A DNA stretch of 64,000 nt from the NCBI GenBank assembly GCA_030603385.1, contig JAUVXW010000021.1, forward strand, positions 1 to 64,000, read 5' to 3'. A program made the translations under genes and the position numbers. The DNA is from Promethearchaeota archaeon (GTDB lineage Archaea > Asgardarchaeota > Lokiarchaeia > Sigyniarchaeales > SOKP01). Below the pieces are notes generated by a model. That model saw only the letters and a program-made list of their open reading frames with translations. It had not been told where the DNA came from and did no database searches. Positions 21,902 through 32,507 of the stretch are shown piece after piece (the stretch's first letter is position 1; each line of letters starts with the position of its first letter).

Positions 21902-23629
21902 ATGGTTAACAGAACATATCCCGAATTTAGTTCACATTATCCGCTACTTCTAACAACTTTTATGAAAAGACCAGTGAAAGTTTATCCAAACGAGATAGGT
22001 GTGGTTTACAGAAACCATATCACAGGTAAATATTATAGGTTTACTTGGCTTGAATGGTATAAACGTACATGTCGCCTAGCAAATGCTTTAAAAACGCTGA
22101 AAATAAAACCTGGGGGTCCTTTTAAACCTGGAGACAGGATTGCCACCATGGCACTTAATACACATAGACATTTGGAGATTTATTATGCTGCTCCATGCAG
22201 CGGGGCTATGCTACATCCAATTAATGTAAGACTTTCACAAGATCATATCATTTTTACAATAAAACATGCGGAAGATAAAATACTATTTTTTGATGATTCA
22301 CTTCTCCCCTTAGTTGAGGGAATTTACGACAAAATAAAAGATACCATAAAGAAATTCGTTTATATGTCAGATAAGTCAGGACTCCCTGATACAAAGATAC
22401 AGAACTTATATGAGTATGAAGAGTTACTTAAGGAGGAATCTGATGTATTTGAATGGCCGCATTTAAGTGAGGATAATTATGCAACACTATGTTATACAAC
22501 AGGTACCACCGGTCTTCCAAAAGGGTCTATGTTTACTCACAGAGCTATTTACTTGTTAATTATACACGGTCTAGCCTATGGTGTTTTCAGCAATGATCCC
22601 TCACGTGTTTATCTAGGAGAGAATGCAATTCCTATGATTATCACACCTCTGTTTCATATCCATGCCTGGGGAGCTCCTTTCTACCATGTTTTCATGGCAT
22701 TAAGGATTGTGCTACCAGGAACATTCACAGTTGAGGGCTTCTGTGAGCTTGTTCAAACTGAGAAAGTTACATCTGTAGCAGTAGTTCCAACCATTCTTGC
22801 ATTACTTCTTGAGTATAAAGATCTGGATAAATACGATTTAAGCAGTCTTGTATCGGTTGCTGTAGGTGGTGGAGCTCTACCATTAGGATTAAAAACTAAG
22901 ATTGAGAAAAAGATTCCCGGATTTACGGCTTCCTCCGGATATGGAATGACTGAGACTGCCCCTACTACTGTTGCAGCATTCGTGAAAAAATATATGAAAG
23001 GCTGGTCAAAAGAGAAATTAGATGAGGTAAGAGTAAAAACAGGATTACCTTATCCCGGTCTTGAGGTAGATGTTGTCGATGAAAATGGAAAACCAATCCC
23101 TCATGATAATAATGCTCTTGGGCAGATAGTTATTCGTGGTCCTTGGGTAATGGAAAAATATTATAAAAATCCTGAAAAAACTGCTGCTGTATGGTATGAT
23201 GGATGGTTCCATACTGGAGATATGGCTAAAATTGATGAAGAAGATTTCTTAGTTATCGCTGATAGGATGTCGGATATCATCAGAAGCGGAGCAGAGATGG
23301 TTCCTACTGTCTTACTAGAAAACTTGATTGCCATGGCTGATTTTGTACTCGAAGCTACTGTTGTAGGAGTTCCAGATGAAGTATGGGGGGAAAAAACAAT
23401 GGCCATAATGAAACTTGTTCCTAATTCTAATAAGAAGGAAGAGGATCTGATTGAGTTTCTCAAAACCGAAGGAGTAGATAAAGGAAAGATAACTAATTGG
23501 ATGCTTCCTAAACTCGTAGTAATTGTCAATGAGATACCTAGAACTAGTGTTGGAAAATTTAATAAAATAGAAATTAGAAAGAATCTAGACGAGTTCCTAT
23601 CTAAGGCTAAAGATATAAAAACCAATTAA
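21902..23629 (+). CDS. Long/medium-chain fatty acid-CoA ligase
   Basis: YTTGTTGLPKG, GYGMTET, WFHTGD and PRTSVGKF motifs. Confidence 0.92.
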   Translation: MVNRTYPEFSSHYPLLLTTFMKRPVKVYPNEIGVVYRNHITGKYYRFTWLEWYKRTCRLANALKTLKIKPGGPFKPGDRIATMALNTHRHLEIYYAAPCSGAMLHPINVRLSQDHIIFTIKHAEDKILFFDDSLLPLVEGIYDKIKDTIKKFVYMSDKSGLPDTKIQNLYEYEELLKEESDVFEWPHLSEDNYATLCYTTGTTGLPKGSMFTHRAIYLLIIHGLAYGVFSNDPSRVYLGENAIPMIITPLFHIHAWGAPFYHVFMALRIVLPGTFTVEGFCELVQTEKVTSVAVVPTILALLLEYKDLDKYDLSSLVSVAVGGGALPLGLKTKIEKKIPGFTASSGYGMTETAPTTVAAFVKKYMKGWSKEKLDEVRVKTGLPYPGLEVDVVDENGKPIPHDNNALGQIVIRGPWVMEKYYKNPEKTAAVWYDGWFHTGDMAKIDEEDFLVIADRMSDIIRSGAEMVPTVLLENLIAMADFVLEATVVGVPDEVWGEKTMAIMKLVPNSNKKEEDLIEFLKTEGVDKGKITNWMLPKLVVIVNEIPRTSVGKFNKIEIRKNLDEFLSKAKDIKTN

Positions 23630-23680
23630 TTTCTTTCAATTAACCTTATTTTTTAGTATTCTCTTTTTATTTGAAAAGAA

Positions 23681-24970
23681 TTATCTATAAGAGAGAAATT
23701 TTCCAGATTCCATCATTTTGCACGGCTTAAAATAGGATTTCCCTGTTTTTTCAGCTAGATCATAGAGTTTTTTACTAAATTCCTTGTATTTTCCCTTTCC
23801 TTCTCTGAATGGTCCAGGCATAGAAATTCCCTTAAAAATAATTTTATCAATTAATCTATAACTTGTTACAACTCCCTCCTCTAATAACCTGCAAGCTTCA
23901 TTTAAGCTAAGTGCTGAAAATACTTCTGCATCAAGATGAGGCATTAAAAATTCAGTTGCTTTCTCATCTATTAAAGGAGGATTTTCAATTGATCCATTTT
24001 CATTCCAATCCAAGTAACCTTTCCCAACTTTTTTACCAACCCTTCCCGCATTTATCAGTTTTGTGAGTAATTTTCCGGGGGCAAAATCAGGTGAGACATG
24101 TTCTTCAAAATATTTTAGAATATTATAACTTGTATCTAAACCAATAGAATCTGTTAATCCAAACACAAAATTTAGAGCACCCAGCTGTTCAAAAGAAAAT
24201 CCACTATCCAATGTATAATCTATAAGCCATTCAAAGTATATCCCCGACGGAAGAGAAATCCTATTCGCTATTAATCCAGCTGTTTCTTTTTCAAGTTGAA
24301 CAGTAAATCTCTTGCCAATTAAGCAGGGGAACTTTTGTGCAATAGTTTGACTTACTTTAAGTGACTCATCGGATGATTTTTCTCCAGGTGTAATTTCAAT
24401 TAACATCCCCAATATCGGAAAAAATGTATGAAAATGCATCCCTATTACTTTTTCAGGTCGACCAGAATGTTGACCTATCTTTGTGATGCTCATGGCAGAA
24501 GTATTTGATGCCAAAATTGTGTTGGGTGGTGAATATTCTCCTAAATATTTGAATATCTTTTGCTTAAGCTCTAATTTTTCTGTAACTGCTTCTATTACAA
24601 AATGAGCATCCTTTACTCCTTCTGAAATATCAGTTTCTAGTTTCAATCGACTCATTATTGTTTTAGTATCAACATTTTCTGCAAGTATGCCTACAGATTC
24701 GGATTTATCTAATTTCCGTTTAATATCTAAGTTCTTCAATACTGGATCTTCCATATTATTTGCGTTTAGGAATTTTAGGTAATTTTCTTCAGTTTCAAGA
24801 GCTTTTATTCGTTCTTGGATGAGTTCCTTAGATTTATGAAGTATCTCCGTATCTAAATCGATAACCGTAACTTTCTCATAACCCGAGAGAAGAGCAACCT
24901 GAGCGATACCAGAACCCATGATACCACCTCCTATAACTGCTATGTTTTTGATATTATCTAAATCAACCAA
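23681..24970 (-). CDS. 3-hydroxyacyl-CoA dehydrogenase family protein
   Basis: VIGGGIMGSGIA, VIEAVTEKLELK, LASNTS and GMHF motifs; duplicated C-terminal helical domain. Confidence 0.85.
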   Translation of the reverse strand: MVDLDNIKNIAVIGGGIMGSGIAQVALLSGYEKVTVIDLDTEILHKSKELIQERIKALETEENYLKFLNANNMEDPVLKNLDIKRKLDKSESVGILAENVDTKTIMSRLKLETDISEGVKDAHFVIEAVTEKLELKQKIFKYLGEYSPPNTILASNTSAMSITKIGQHSGRPEKVIGMHFHTFFPILGMLIEITPGEKSSDESLKVSQTIAQKFPCLIGKRFTVQLEKETAGLIANRISLPSGIYFEWLIDYTLDSGFSFEQLGALNFVFGLTDSIGLDTSYNILKYFEEHVSPDFAPGKLLTKLINAGRVGKKVGKGYLDWNENGSIENPPLIDEKATEFLMPHLDAEVFSALSLNEACRLLEEGVVTSYRLIDKIIFKGISMPGPFREGKGKYKEFSKKLYDLAEKTGKSYFKPCKMMESGKFLSYR

Positions 24971-25160
24971 GATATAACACCAATCATTTTAATAAAATTA
25001 AACTTTTATTTGAATAATAATCCTAATTTCTCTAATTTATTTAGCTTGATCGTTTTGTATATGGCATAGTATCTTATCAATACTATACTAAATATAGTAT
25101 TATAATATATAAACATTAGTAAAAATAAATTTCAAAAACCATTGAAGGTTAAAAGAAATA

Positions 25161-26678
25161 GTGGTAGTATTCATGTCAAAAAAACCTAATATAATTTACA
25201 TTTTTTCAGATCAACATCGCGGTGACACGTTAGGTTCAGTAGGTCATCCAGCAATTCTTACACCAAATTTGGATAAACTAGCTTCTGAAGGAGTTAATTT
25301 CATTAACTGTTTTACAAATTCTCCGCTTTGTATGCCCGCAAGGGCTTCTATGATGACTGGTCAGTATGTTTGTGAGCATGGGATCTGGACAAATAATAAT
25401 GAGCTTGATCCGATGAGTCCAAGCCATGTGAGAAATATCCGTGATGCGGGATATCACACAGCTGTTATCGGTAAAACACATCTTTATAGACACGGAGTTG
25501 GTTCTTGGAAAGATACAAGAGAAAAAATTGATGTATTGAAAGATTGGGGTTTTATTGACACTCATGAGTTAACAGGACCGCTAGCTACTGGAAGACACGA
25601 TTCACCTTATACAGATTATCTTAAAGAAAAGGGATTGTTAAAGAAACATAGAGAATACATTGCCGAATATGCATGGAATTGGGCTCGAGGAACTGCCAAA
25701 CCTTGGACGGTACCCCCATGCCCACTTCCTGCCGAAGATCATCTGGACAGTTATACAGGACGTACTGCTATGGAGTGGTTGCAAAATTATAATACTGATA
25801 AACCATTTTATTTGCAAATACTATTTCCTGGTCCCCATGATCCTTTTGACTCACCTCAAGAATATAGAGACATGTACAAACCTGAAGAAATGCCTATAGG
25901 AATTATGGAATGGCCTCAAAATCCTGTAGCTAGATATGTTAGGATGGTATTACGTTGGAGTGGGCTTAAGGGTATGACTCCTGCACAGAAGCAAACTTTG
26001 CGAACTTATTATTATGCCAAGATTACTTTGATTGATGATTACATTGGGAGGATTATGCGTGTTTTAGAAGAAAAAGGCTCATTAGACAATACATGGTTAT
26101 TTTATAATTCTGATCACGGTGAAATGCTTGGAGATCATATGATGAGTCACAAGATTGTATTTTACGACGGAGCTCTACGTGTTCCTTTAATCATTAGACC
26201 TCCTGGTGGAGTTAAGGGTTGGCAATGTAAAGGATTAACTGATCATCTTGATGTAGCCACATCTCTCATTGATATTGCACAGGCTGAACCGTTAACTGGA
26301 TGTGATGGTCGATCACTTATTCCTCAAATCGTGGATGGACCTACAGGTGTTGAAGCTCAAAAAGGAAAGGAAGTAATCTTCAGTGAGGTTTACGGATTTA
26401 GCATGGTTTTTAATGGAAGATATAAAATGGTTGTCAATCCAATGACTCGAAAACCTGTTGAATTTTACGATCTTAAAGAAGATCCTAATGAGTTAAAAAA
26501 TCTAATAAGAGATCCCTCCTATGAATCTATAAGTAAAGAATTATTGAATAAACAATTAAGTAGGCTACTTAATCACCTAGATGAAGAAAAATTAAAGAAT
26601 ATGAGAGTTGGGAATTTGAGCAAGCAAATTGAAAAAGAAATTAAAAATGAAAAACGACAAACCCCAACTAAAAAGTAG
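25161..26678 (+). CDS. Sulfatase (choline-sulfatase-like)
   Basis: KPNIIYIFSDQHR, CMPARASMMTG, GKTH and SDHGEMLGDH motifs. Start is probably the ATG at 25173. Confidence 0.9.
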   Translation: MVVFMSKKPNIIYIFSDQHRGDTLGSVGHPAILTPNLDKLASEGVNFINCFTNSPLCMPARASMMTGQYVCEHGIWTNNNELDPMSPSHVRNIRDAGYHTAVIGKTHLYRHGVGSWKDTREKIDVLKDWGFIDTHELTGPLATGRHDSPYTDYLKEKGLLKKHREYIAEYAWNWARGTAKPWTVPPCPLPAEDHLDSYTGRTAMEWLQNYNTDKPFYLQILFPGPHDPFDSPQEYRDMYKPEEMPIGIMEWPQNPVARYVRMVLRWSGLKGMTPAQKQTLRTYYYAKITLIDDYIGRIMRVLEEKGSLDNTWLFYNSDHGEMLGDHMMSHKIVFYDGALRVPLIIRPPGGVKGWQCKGLTDHLDVATSLIDIAQAEPLTGCDGRSLIPQIVDGPTGVEAQKGKEVIFSEVYGFSMVFNGRYKMVVNPMTRKPVEFYDLKEDPNELKNLIRDPSYESISKELLNKQLSRLLNHLDEEKLKNMRVGNLSKQIEKEIKNEKRQTPTKK

Positions 26679-26679
26679 G

Positions 26680-27456
26680 TTAATTCTTCTTGATCCTACC
26701 CATTTGTTTTTTCAGTTTTAAAAAGAATTCAGGGGTAGAAATCTGGTAAGGTATTGGATATCTAGTGCCTGCTTTATGGGTTTTTTCCATTCCTTCTATT
26801 ATTTCTTCCACAATTCCAAATGGTATGGATGCTATTAAATCAGAATCCATTGCTAAACCAAAACGACGATCTCCAAGACAAGGGAAAGCAACTTGGAGTT
26901 CTCCAGTTAACATTGCGTTTGAAATTGTATCAGCACATACACCATCACAAAATGTTGACATTGAAATTCTTCCTCCTCTTTTCCATAAATAACCCTGAAT
27001 TAGTCTCATAATTTGAGAGGAATTCCCCCATATTAATATTAAATCTGGTTTGAAATCAATTCTACTTAAAGCTCCTGATACTATGGCAGAATATTGTCCA
27101 TATTTAAGTTGAGGCATTGTTGAGCTTGTTTTTTTAGCTGCCTCTTTGGTTTCGTTATATCTTCCAATAAAAAAAGCACCTTCTTCGAAAAGTTTGTTTG
27201 ACTTTTCAAAACCTATAGATATTTCTGCTAAAGGACACAAATTATCTTCTTTTGTACATCCCATAGTCCATCCATAATATCTAGCATAACTGAATATCTG
27301 GCATAACGCAATCTTATGTTCTGGTTTTTTTAAATATTTTATTGCATTCAAATCTTCAGAATTTTCAAGTAATTTCATACCTATAGGAAATGTAGCTAAT
27401 CTAAGATATTTATTAAGTTGATTATCTAATCCTTCATAATTACCCATAAAACTCAA
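26680..27456 (-). CDS. DUF169 family protein
   Basis: CQ...AR..G, NLCP, PDLILIWGN..Q, VCAD and PCLGDRRFG motifs. Confidence 0.8.
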   Translation of the reverse strand: MSFMGNYEGLDNQLNKYLRLATFPIGMKLLENSEDLNAIKYLKKPEHKIALCQIFSYARYYGWTMGCTKEDNLCPLAEISIGFEKSNKLFEEGAFFIGRYNETKEAAKKTSSTMPQLKYGQYSAIVSGALSRIDFKPDLILIWGNSSQIMRLIQGYLWKRGGRISMSTFCDGVCADTISNAMLTGELQVAFPCLGDRRFGLAMDSDLIASIPFGIVEEIIEGMEKTHKAGTRYPIPYQISTPEFFLKLKKQMGRIKKN

Positions 27457-27526
27457 CCTTAAGGTATTAAAAAATAATTAAATAATAGAGTATTTCAAAA
27501 TATAATAAATTAATAGGAAAAAAATT

Positions 27527-28069
27527 ATGAGCTCAAGTAGAAAAAGATTAAAAGTTGGTCTTGTACAAGTTTATTTTGGACGAGGTAAAGGAAAAACTAC
27601 TGCTGCAATAGGTCAAGGTGTGCGCGCAACGGGACATGGTTTTAAAGTCTATATGATTCAATTTATGAAAGGTAATTACAAATACGGAGAAATCGAAGCT
27701 ATTAAAGGTATTTCTAACTTTGATCTAAAACAATTTGGAAGCCCAGAACTTATATCTGAACCGAGGGAATTTGATAAAGATGAAGGAAAAAAAGCACTCG
27801 ATTTTGCTAAGGAAATTATCATGAGCGATGATTATGATATTGTTATTCTTGATGAAGTTGGTGTTGCCATCTCTATGAATGTAATAACTGTTGAGCCTGT
27901 ATTAGAATTGATAAAAAATAAGCCTGATAAGGTTGAGTTAATCCTTACCGGCGGGCCAAAAATGCATCCTAAAATTAAGGAAGTTGCTGATTTAGTAACT
28001 GAAATGAAAATGATAAAACATTATTATTCCTCACAAGGGTTAACCGCTCGATATGGGATTGAATACTAA
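27527..28069 (+). CDS. cobO: Cob(I)alamin adenosyltransferase (CobO/BtuR)
   Basis: GLVQVYFGRGKGKTTAAIG, QFMKG, ILDE, ELILTG and ADLVTEM motifs. Confidence 0.92.
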   Translation: MSSSRKRLKVGLVQVYFGRGKGKTTAAIGQGVRATGHGFKVYMIQFMKGNYKYGEIEAIKGISNFDLKQFGSPELISEPREFDKDEGKKALDFAKEIIMSDDYDIVILDEVGVAISMNVITVEPVLELIKNKPDKVELILTGGPKMHPKIKEVADLVTEMKMIKHYYSSQGLTARYGIEY

Positions 28070-28105
28070 TATTCTAAAAATAATATAAAAAAAATAATAA
28101 GAGAG

Positions 28106-28540
28106 TTACATAAAAACTATTGTACCTTCTCCAGTAGTTACTACCTCATCATTTTGGTTTTTTACAATAGTATCACAAATGATGAATTTCAACTTGCCTT
28201 CCTTTTTCGTAAACATTTCTTTTACCGTGGCAACTGCGGTGCACGTATCACCAAAAAACACTGGTTTAACAAATTTAACCGTTTGACCTCCGTATAATAT
28301 ACCTGGTCCAAATAGCTTAGTGCCTAAAACTGCTGATATTAGACCAGAACTCAAAGCTCCGTGTGCGACTTGTTTTCCAAACATCTGAGTCTTTGCAAAG
28401 TCAGGATTAACATGGATAGGGTTGTAATCTCCAGTTACTTCGGCAAATTTCATAACATCTTCTTCGGTTATTTTTTTAGTAAATGAGGCAGATTGTCCTA
28501 CTTCATAATCCTCATATTTAACAGGTTCTAAATCTGACAT
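28106..28540 (-). CDS. MaoC-family (R)-enoyl-CoA hydratase
   Basis: FAEVTGDYNPIH...VAHGAL motif. Confidence 0.92.
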   Translation of the reverse strand: MSDLEPVKYEDYEVGQSASFTKKITEEDVMKFAEVTGDYNPIHVNPDFAKTQMFGKQVAHGALSSGLISAVLGTKLFGPGILYGGQTVKFVKPVFFGDTCTAVATVKEMFTKKEGKLKFIICDTIVKNQNDEVVTTGEGTIVFM

Positions 28541-28637
28541 AAAATAAATTAATGAAAATGTGGATAAAAATTTTAACTTTTAAAATAAAAAAGATTTGTC
28601 TAGTAAGTATACAAAGTGTCTTTATTTAAAAAGAATA

Positions 28638-28887
28638 TTAAGACCATTGAACTAAACGATGTTCTCCTTCAATTTTTTTTATATTTGTAATATCCTGCGA
28701 CACTTCCAATGTCCCAATATACTTACCTTCATCGTCTCTTACCGCAAAATAACGAATATGAATAGTTTTTTCCCCTAATTGTATCCAAAACTCAGCAGTA
28801 TTCCTTTCCCCACTTTTGAATTTATTTAAAATATCCTCTACAATATGAACACTATTAGGTGGATGGCATTTTTGAACTTTTCTCCCA
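28638..28887 (-). pseudogene. C-terminal remnant of a DUF438/PAS-domain protein
   Basis: Translates GRKVQKCHPPNSVHIVEDILNKFKSGERNTAEFWIQLGEKTIHIRYFAVRDDEGKYIGTLEVSQDIT...WS*. There is no start codon and it is not in the ORF track. Confidence 0.8.
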
Positions 28888-29277
28888 TCTCACTGATAAA
28901 ATCGGAAAAAAAAAACCTTAATAATCTGTGAATCATTTGGTTTATCATTTTTTTCCTTAATTGTTATGACTTTTTTTCTATGGTCAAGTGGCTTTAAAAG
29001 TTCATTACTTCATTTATTAATTATAGGAGAAATTATTAATGTTGTGGTAGCTACTACATTTATCCCCTCAGAAGCTATAACTTTAACAAATTTAGACGAA
29101 ACCAGAAAAGCAGAATCCTTTGGGATAGTTTCACTTATTAGAGGAATTAATGTAATGCCTACAGCCATAATTGCAGGATTCTTAATACAGAGCGTGCATT
29201 ATATTGCCCCTTTTATTTTCACTATAATAGGGATCATCTTTGAGATTTGGCTCTTAATAAAATATTTTCAAGATTAA
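28886..29277 (+). pseudogene. C-terminal remnant of an MFS transporter (paralog of 29420-30652)
   Basis: HLTDKIGKKK, then a frameshift in an A10 run, then TLIICESFGLSFF...FIPSEAITLTNLDETRKAESFG. Matches the C-terminal third of the neighbouring MFS. Confidence 0.8.
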
Positions 29278-29419
29278 ACATCATAAGATTGACAAAAATA
29301 TGGAAGAGAAACTAGTTATCAAAAAACTCATATGATTTGAACCGTTTCTCATTAACAAGCAAATTATGATTGTGTAGTTTAAACAAAGTTAATAAAATTT
29401 AATAGAAGAATCTTAGACT

Positions 29420-30652
29420 ATGAATAAATACCTAAACTCAGCGGAAATTGACAAAATAAAACGTAAGAACTTATGGGTTTTGTTCTTTATCAATTTACTT
29501 CATGGAATGGGCGCGGGTATGTTCAATGTAGTATACCAACCTTTTATTTTAGACCTAACAGGCTCTGTGCTTATCATGGGGATTTTGGTTACTATTGGTG
29601 GGATTGTACAATTCCTCCCAATGCCCTTAATTGGGAGATTATCAGATAGATTCGGAAGGAAGAAGATGATGTTAAGTAGCATCCCATTTTATTTTTTAGG
29701 ATTAATATCTCTCATTTTCTCGAGTTCTACTGCTATAATTTTCCTAATTTTAGGAATTGTATTATATTTTCTCGGTGTAGTAATCAATAATCTTAGTAGT
29801 TTGATTTTCATATCCGAAAATAGTAACAAATCAAAAGGTTTGATGTATGGATTAATATTATTTTCTTTTTTTGGTGGAACTATATTTGGATCTACTTTTG
29901 TTCTACTTGGGGGTGCTTTTGATTCACGCGTTTTCTTTTTGATATTCCTAGGGATTATAATTGGCGAGGGTACCATTAATTTAGTTTTTATATCTGAGAA
30001 ATTTCGGTTTGATAAAAATCCAAGATCTATTTCTCTCAAATCTATTGATACAGAACTTAGTGTATGGAAAAAAATAATGAAAAATCCTAAAAGTAAAGCT
30101 TTATTGATATTTTTGACCTTAGACTTGTTTATCTATAATATTGGTCTTTCAATCTATAGTGGGGGATTAAAAGATTTTTATTTTATTACTCGTGAAGAAC
30201 TTGCTTTGATAACTATAGTCTTTAGTACTTCTAATATGCTTTTTCAAATTCCTGGAGGTCATTTAGCAGATAAAATAGGAAAAAAGAAATCCCTCATTTT
30301 TAGTCAATATTTTGGCTTATCATTTTTCGCGATTAACATTTTAGCATATTTTGTTTGGGCAGGTGGTTTCACAGCTTTCTTACTTCCTGCTTTAATTATT
30401 AGTCACATTCCATTTGCTATGAGTGTATGTACATTTATCCCCTCTGAACAGATGGCTTTAACCGATTTAGATGAAACCAGAAAAGCGGAATCCTATGGAA
30501 TAGTTGGAATGATAAGGGGAATAGGCTTCATTCCTACTGGATATATTGGTGGATTTTTAGTCGTAAATGTACATTATGTTGCACCTCTGATTATCTCGTT
30601 TTTCGGAATTTTCTTTGAGATCTGGTATTTATTCAAATATTTCCATGATTAA
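29420..30652 (+). CDS. MFS transporter
   Basis: GRLSDRFGRK and GHLADKIGKK motif A copies; about 12 hydrophobic segments. Confidence 0.92.
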   Translation: MNKYLNSAEIDKIKRKNLWVLFFINLLHGMGAGMFNVVYQPFILDLTGSVLIMGILVTIGGIVQFLPMPLIGRLSDRFGRKKMMLSSIPFYFLGLISLIFSSSTAIIFLILGIVLYFLGVVINNLSSLIFISENSNKSKGLMYGLILFSFFGGTIFGSTFVLLGGAFDSRVFFLIFLGIIIGEGTINLVFISEKFRFDKNPRSISLKSIDTELSVWKKIMKNPKSKALLIFLTLDLFIYNIGLSIYSGGLKDFYFITREELALITIVFSTSNMLFQIPGGHLADKIGKKKSLIFSQYFGLSFFAINILAYFVWAGGFTAFLLPALIISHIPFAMSVCTFIPSEQMALTDLDETRKAESYGIVGMIRGIGFIPTGYIGGFLVVNVHYVAPLIISFFGIFFEIWYLFKYFHD

Positions 30653-30754
30653 GTAAGTCAATTTTTATAAAATAATAACAAATTTAATTTTGCGATAATT
30701 AAATTCTTTGAATTTAAAAATATTAAAATTAAAGAAAAAAAAATTGGTGAAATA

Positions 30755-32014
30755 ATGGGTAAATTAGCTAGAAAAGTAGCAATGATAGGAGCCGGAATGA
30801 GTACGTTTGGCGCTCACTTTCCACATAAAAGAATCCCTGATTTATGGGTTGATGCATGGCTAGACGCAGTAGGCAGAGTTGATAATGGAATTGAGCCAAA
30901 AGATGTTGACGCGTGTTATGTAGGAAATTATTCTTCAGATCTATTTAATCATCAAGGACATTTGGGACCACAAATGGCAAATTTAGTAGGCTTAACCCCA
31001 AAACCAGCAGGTCGTTTTGAGGGTGCTTGCGCCAGTAGTGGAATTGCCTTACGTCAAGCAATCTTAGCCATAGCCTCAGGAGTACATGATGTTATTGCTG
31101 TATCTGGAGTTGAATGCATGACAGAACTACCTACAACAGGAGTTACTGATGTATTAGCAACAGCATCAGACAGTCTATTTGAATATCCCGCTGGTGCGAC
31201 GTTCCCAGGACTATATGCGACTTTAGCATCGGCACATTTTAATAAGTATGGTACTACTGTAGAAGATTTGATGAGAGTTGCGATAAAAAACCATGAAAAT
31301 GGAAAAGAGAATCCTTATGCTCATATGCAAAGGTCAATTTCTGACTTTATGGCAAGTAAAATCGCCAAGATAGAAAAATCCGGAGGAGAAGTTCCAGATT
31401 GGAAAGATGAGTTTGATTATCTTAAAAGTAGTTCAAATCCAATGATCGCTTCTCCCCTACGTTTGTTCGATTGCAGTCTGATAACCGACGGAGCAGCTTG
31501 TGTATTTTTAGCTGCTGAAGATGTCGTTAAAAATTATACTGATACTCCAATTTGGATTGCTGGTACTGGTCAAGGGAGTGCAGCATTAGCTTTGCATGAT
31601 CGAGAAGACTTAACTAGTTTTATTGCATCAAAAGAGGCAGCACGACAAGCTTATGAAATGTCGGGATTTAAACCTAAAGATATTCAAGTAGCAGAAGTTC
31701 ACGACTGTTTCACTATTGCAGAAGTAGTCGCTTTGGAAGATTTAGGTTTTTATGAAAAGGGTAAGGCTGTTGAAGCAATTAAAAATGGAGAAACAAAGCG
31801 AGATGGTTCATTACCAATTAATACAAGTGGAGGATTAAAGAGTAAAGGTCATCCTGTAGGTGCTACTGGTGCAGCATTTTGCGTAGAAGTCTTTAAACAA
31901 ATGAGAGGTATTGCTGAGAGAAATCGCCAAGTGAAGTTTGATGTGGAACGTATGTTGGCTCATAATTTAGGTGGTTCAGGAGCAACATGTGTTGTAACTA
32001 TTTTTGAAAAATAA
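30755..32014 (+). CDS. Thiolase (archaeal/SCP-x type acetyl-CoA acyltransferase)
   Basis: EGACASS, EVHDCFT, GHPVGATG and HNLGG motifs. Confidence 0.92.
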   Translation: MGKLARKVAMIGAGMSTFGAHFPHKRIPDLWVDAWLDAVGRVDNGIEPKDVDACYVGNYSSDLFNHQGHLGPQMANLVGLTPKPAGRFEGACASSGIALRQAILAIASGVHDVIAVSGVECMTELPTTGVTDVLATASDSLFEYPAGATFPGLYATLASAHFNKYGTTVEDLMRVAIKNHENGKENPYAHMQRSISDFMASKIAKIEKSGGEVPDWKDEFDYLKSSSNPMIASPLRLFDCSLITDGAACVFLAAEDVVKNYTDTPIWIAGTGQGSAALALHDREDLTSFIASKEAARQAYEMSGFKPKDIQVAEVHDCFTIAEVVALEDLGFYEKGKAVEAIKNGETKRDGSLPINTSGGLKSKGHPVGATGAAFCVEVFKQMRGIAERNRQVKFDVERMLAHNLGGSGATCVVTIFEK

Positions 32015-32026
32015 AGGTGAAAATAA

Positions 32027-32449
32027 ATGTCAGAGAGTGAAAGAGAATTTACTATTAAAAGTTATATAGATTATTTATCTGAGAAGAAACTAATGGGTTC
32101 AAAGTGTAAAGATTGTGGTGCTTCCTATGTACCTGTTAGAAAACTATGTACTAAATGTAACAGTGTAAATATGGAATGGGTTGAAATGTCAGGAAAAGGA
32201 AAAATTGCAGCATTCACGAGTATTACCGTAGGGACCCCTTTCTTTGTTGAAAAGGGTTACGGTAGAAATAAACCATATTGCTTTTCAGTTATAAAATTAG
32301 ATGAGGGACCGATGATCAGTGGCCAATTAATTGGTGTTGATGAAAGTAAACCTGATACCATCAATATAGGAATGCAAGTTAAAGCAACATTTATTGAAAC
32401 TGAAATTAGAGGAGAAACAAGAGTAGATTTGGGCTTTGAGCCTGTCTAA
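32027..32449 (+). CDS. DUF35 Zn-ribbon/OB-fold thiolase partner
   Basis: KCKDCG...CTKC followed by an OB-fold; directly downstream of the thiolase. Confidence 0.9.
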   Translation: MSESEREFTIKSYIDYLSEKKLMGSKCKDCGASYVPVRKLCTKCNSVNMEWVEMSGKGKIAAFTSITVGTPFFVEKGYGRNKPYCFSVIKLDEGPMISGQLIGVDESKPDTINIGMQVKATFIETEIRGETRVDLGFEPV

Positions 32450-32507
32450 ACTTATTTATTATTTTTTTTTTAAAAATTACTAATAGCTGTAGTTTAGTCC
32501 TGGTATT

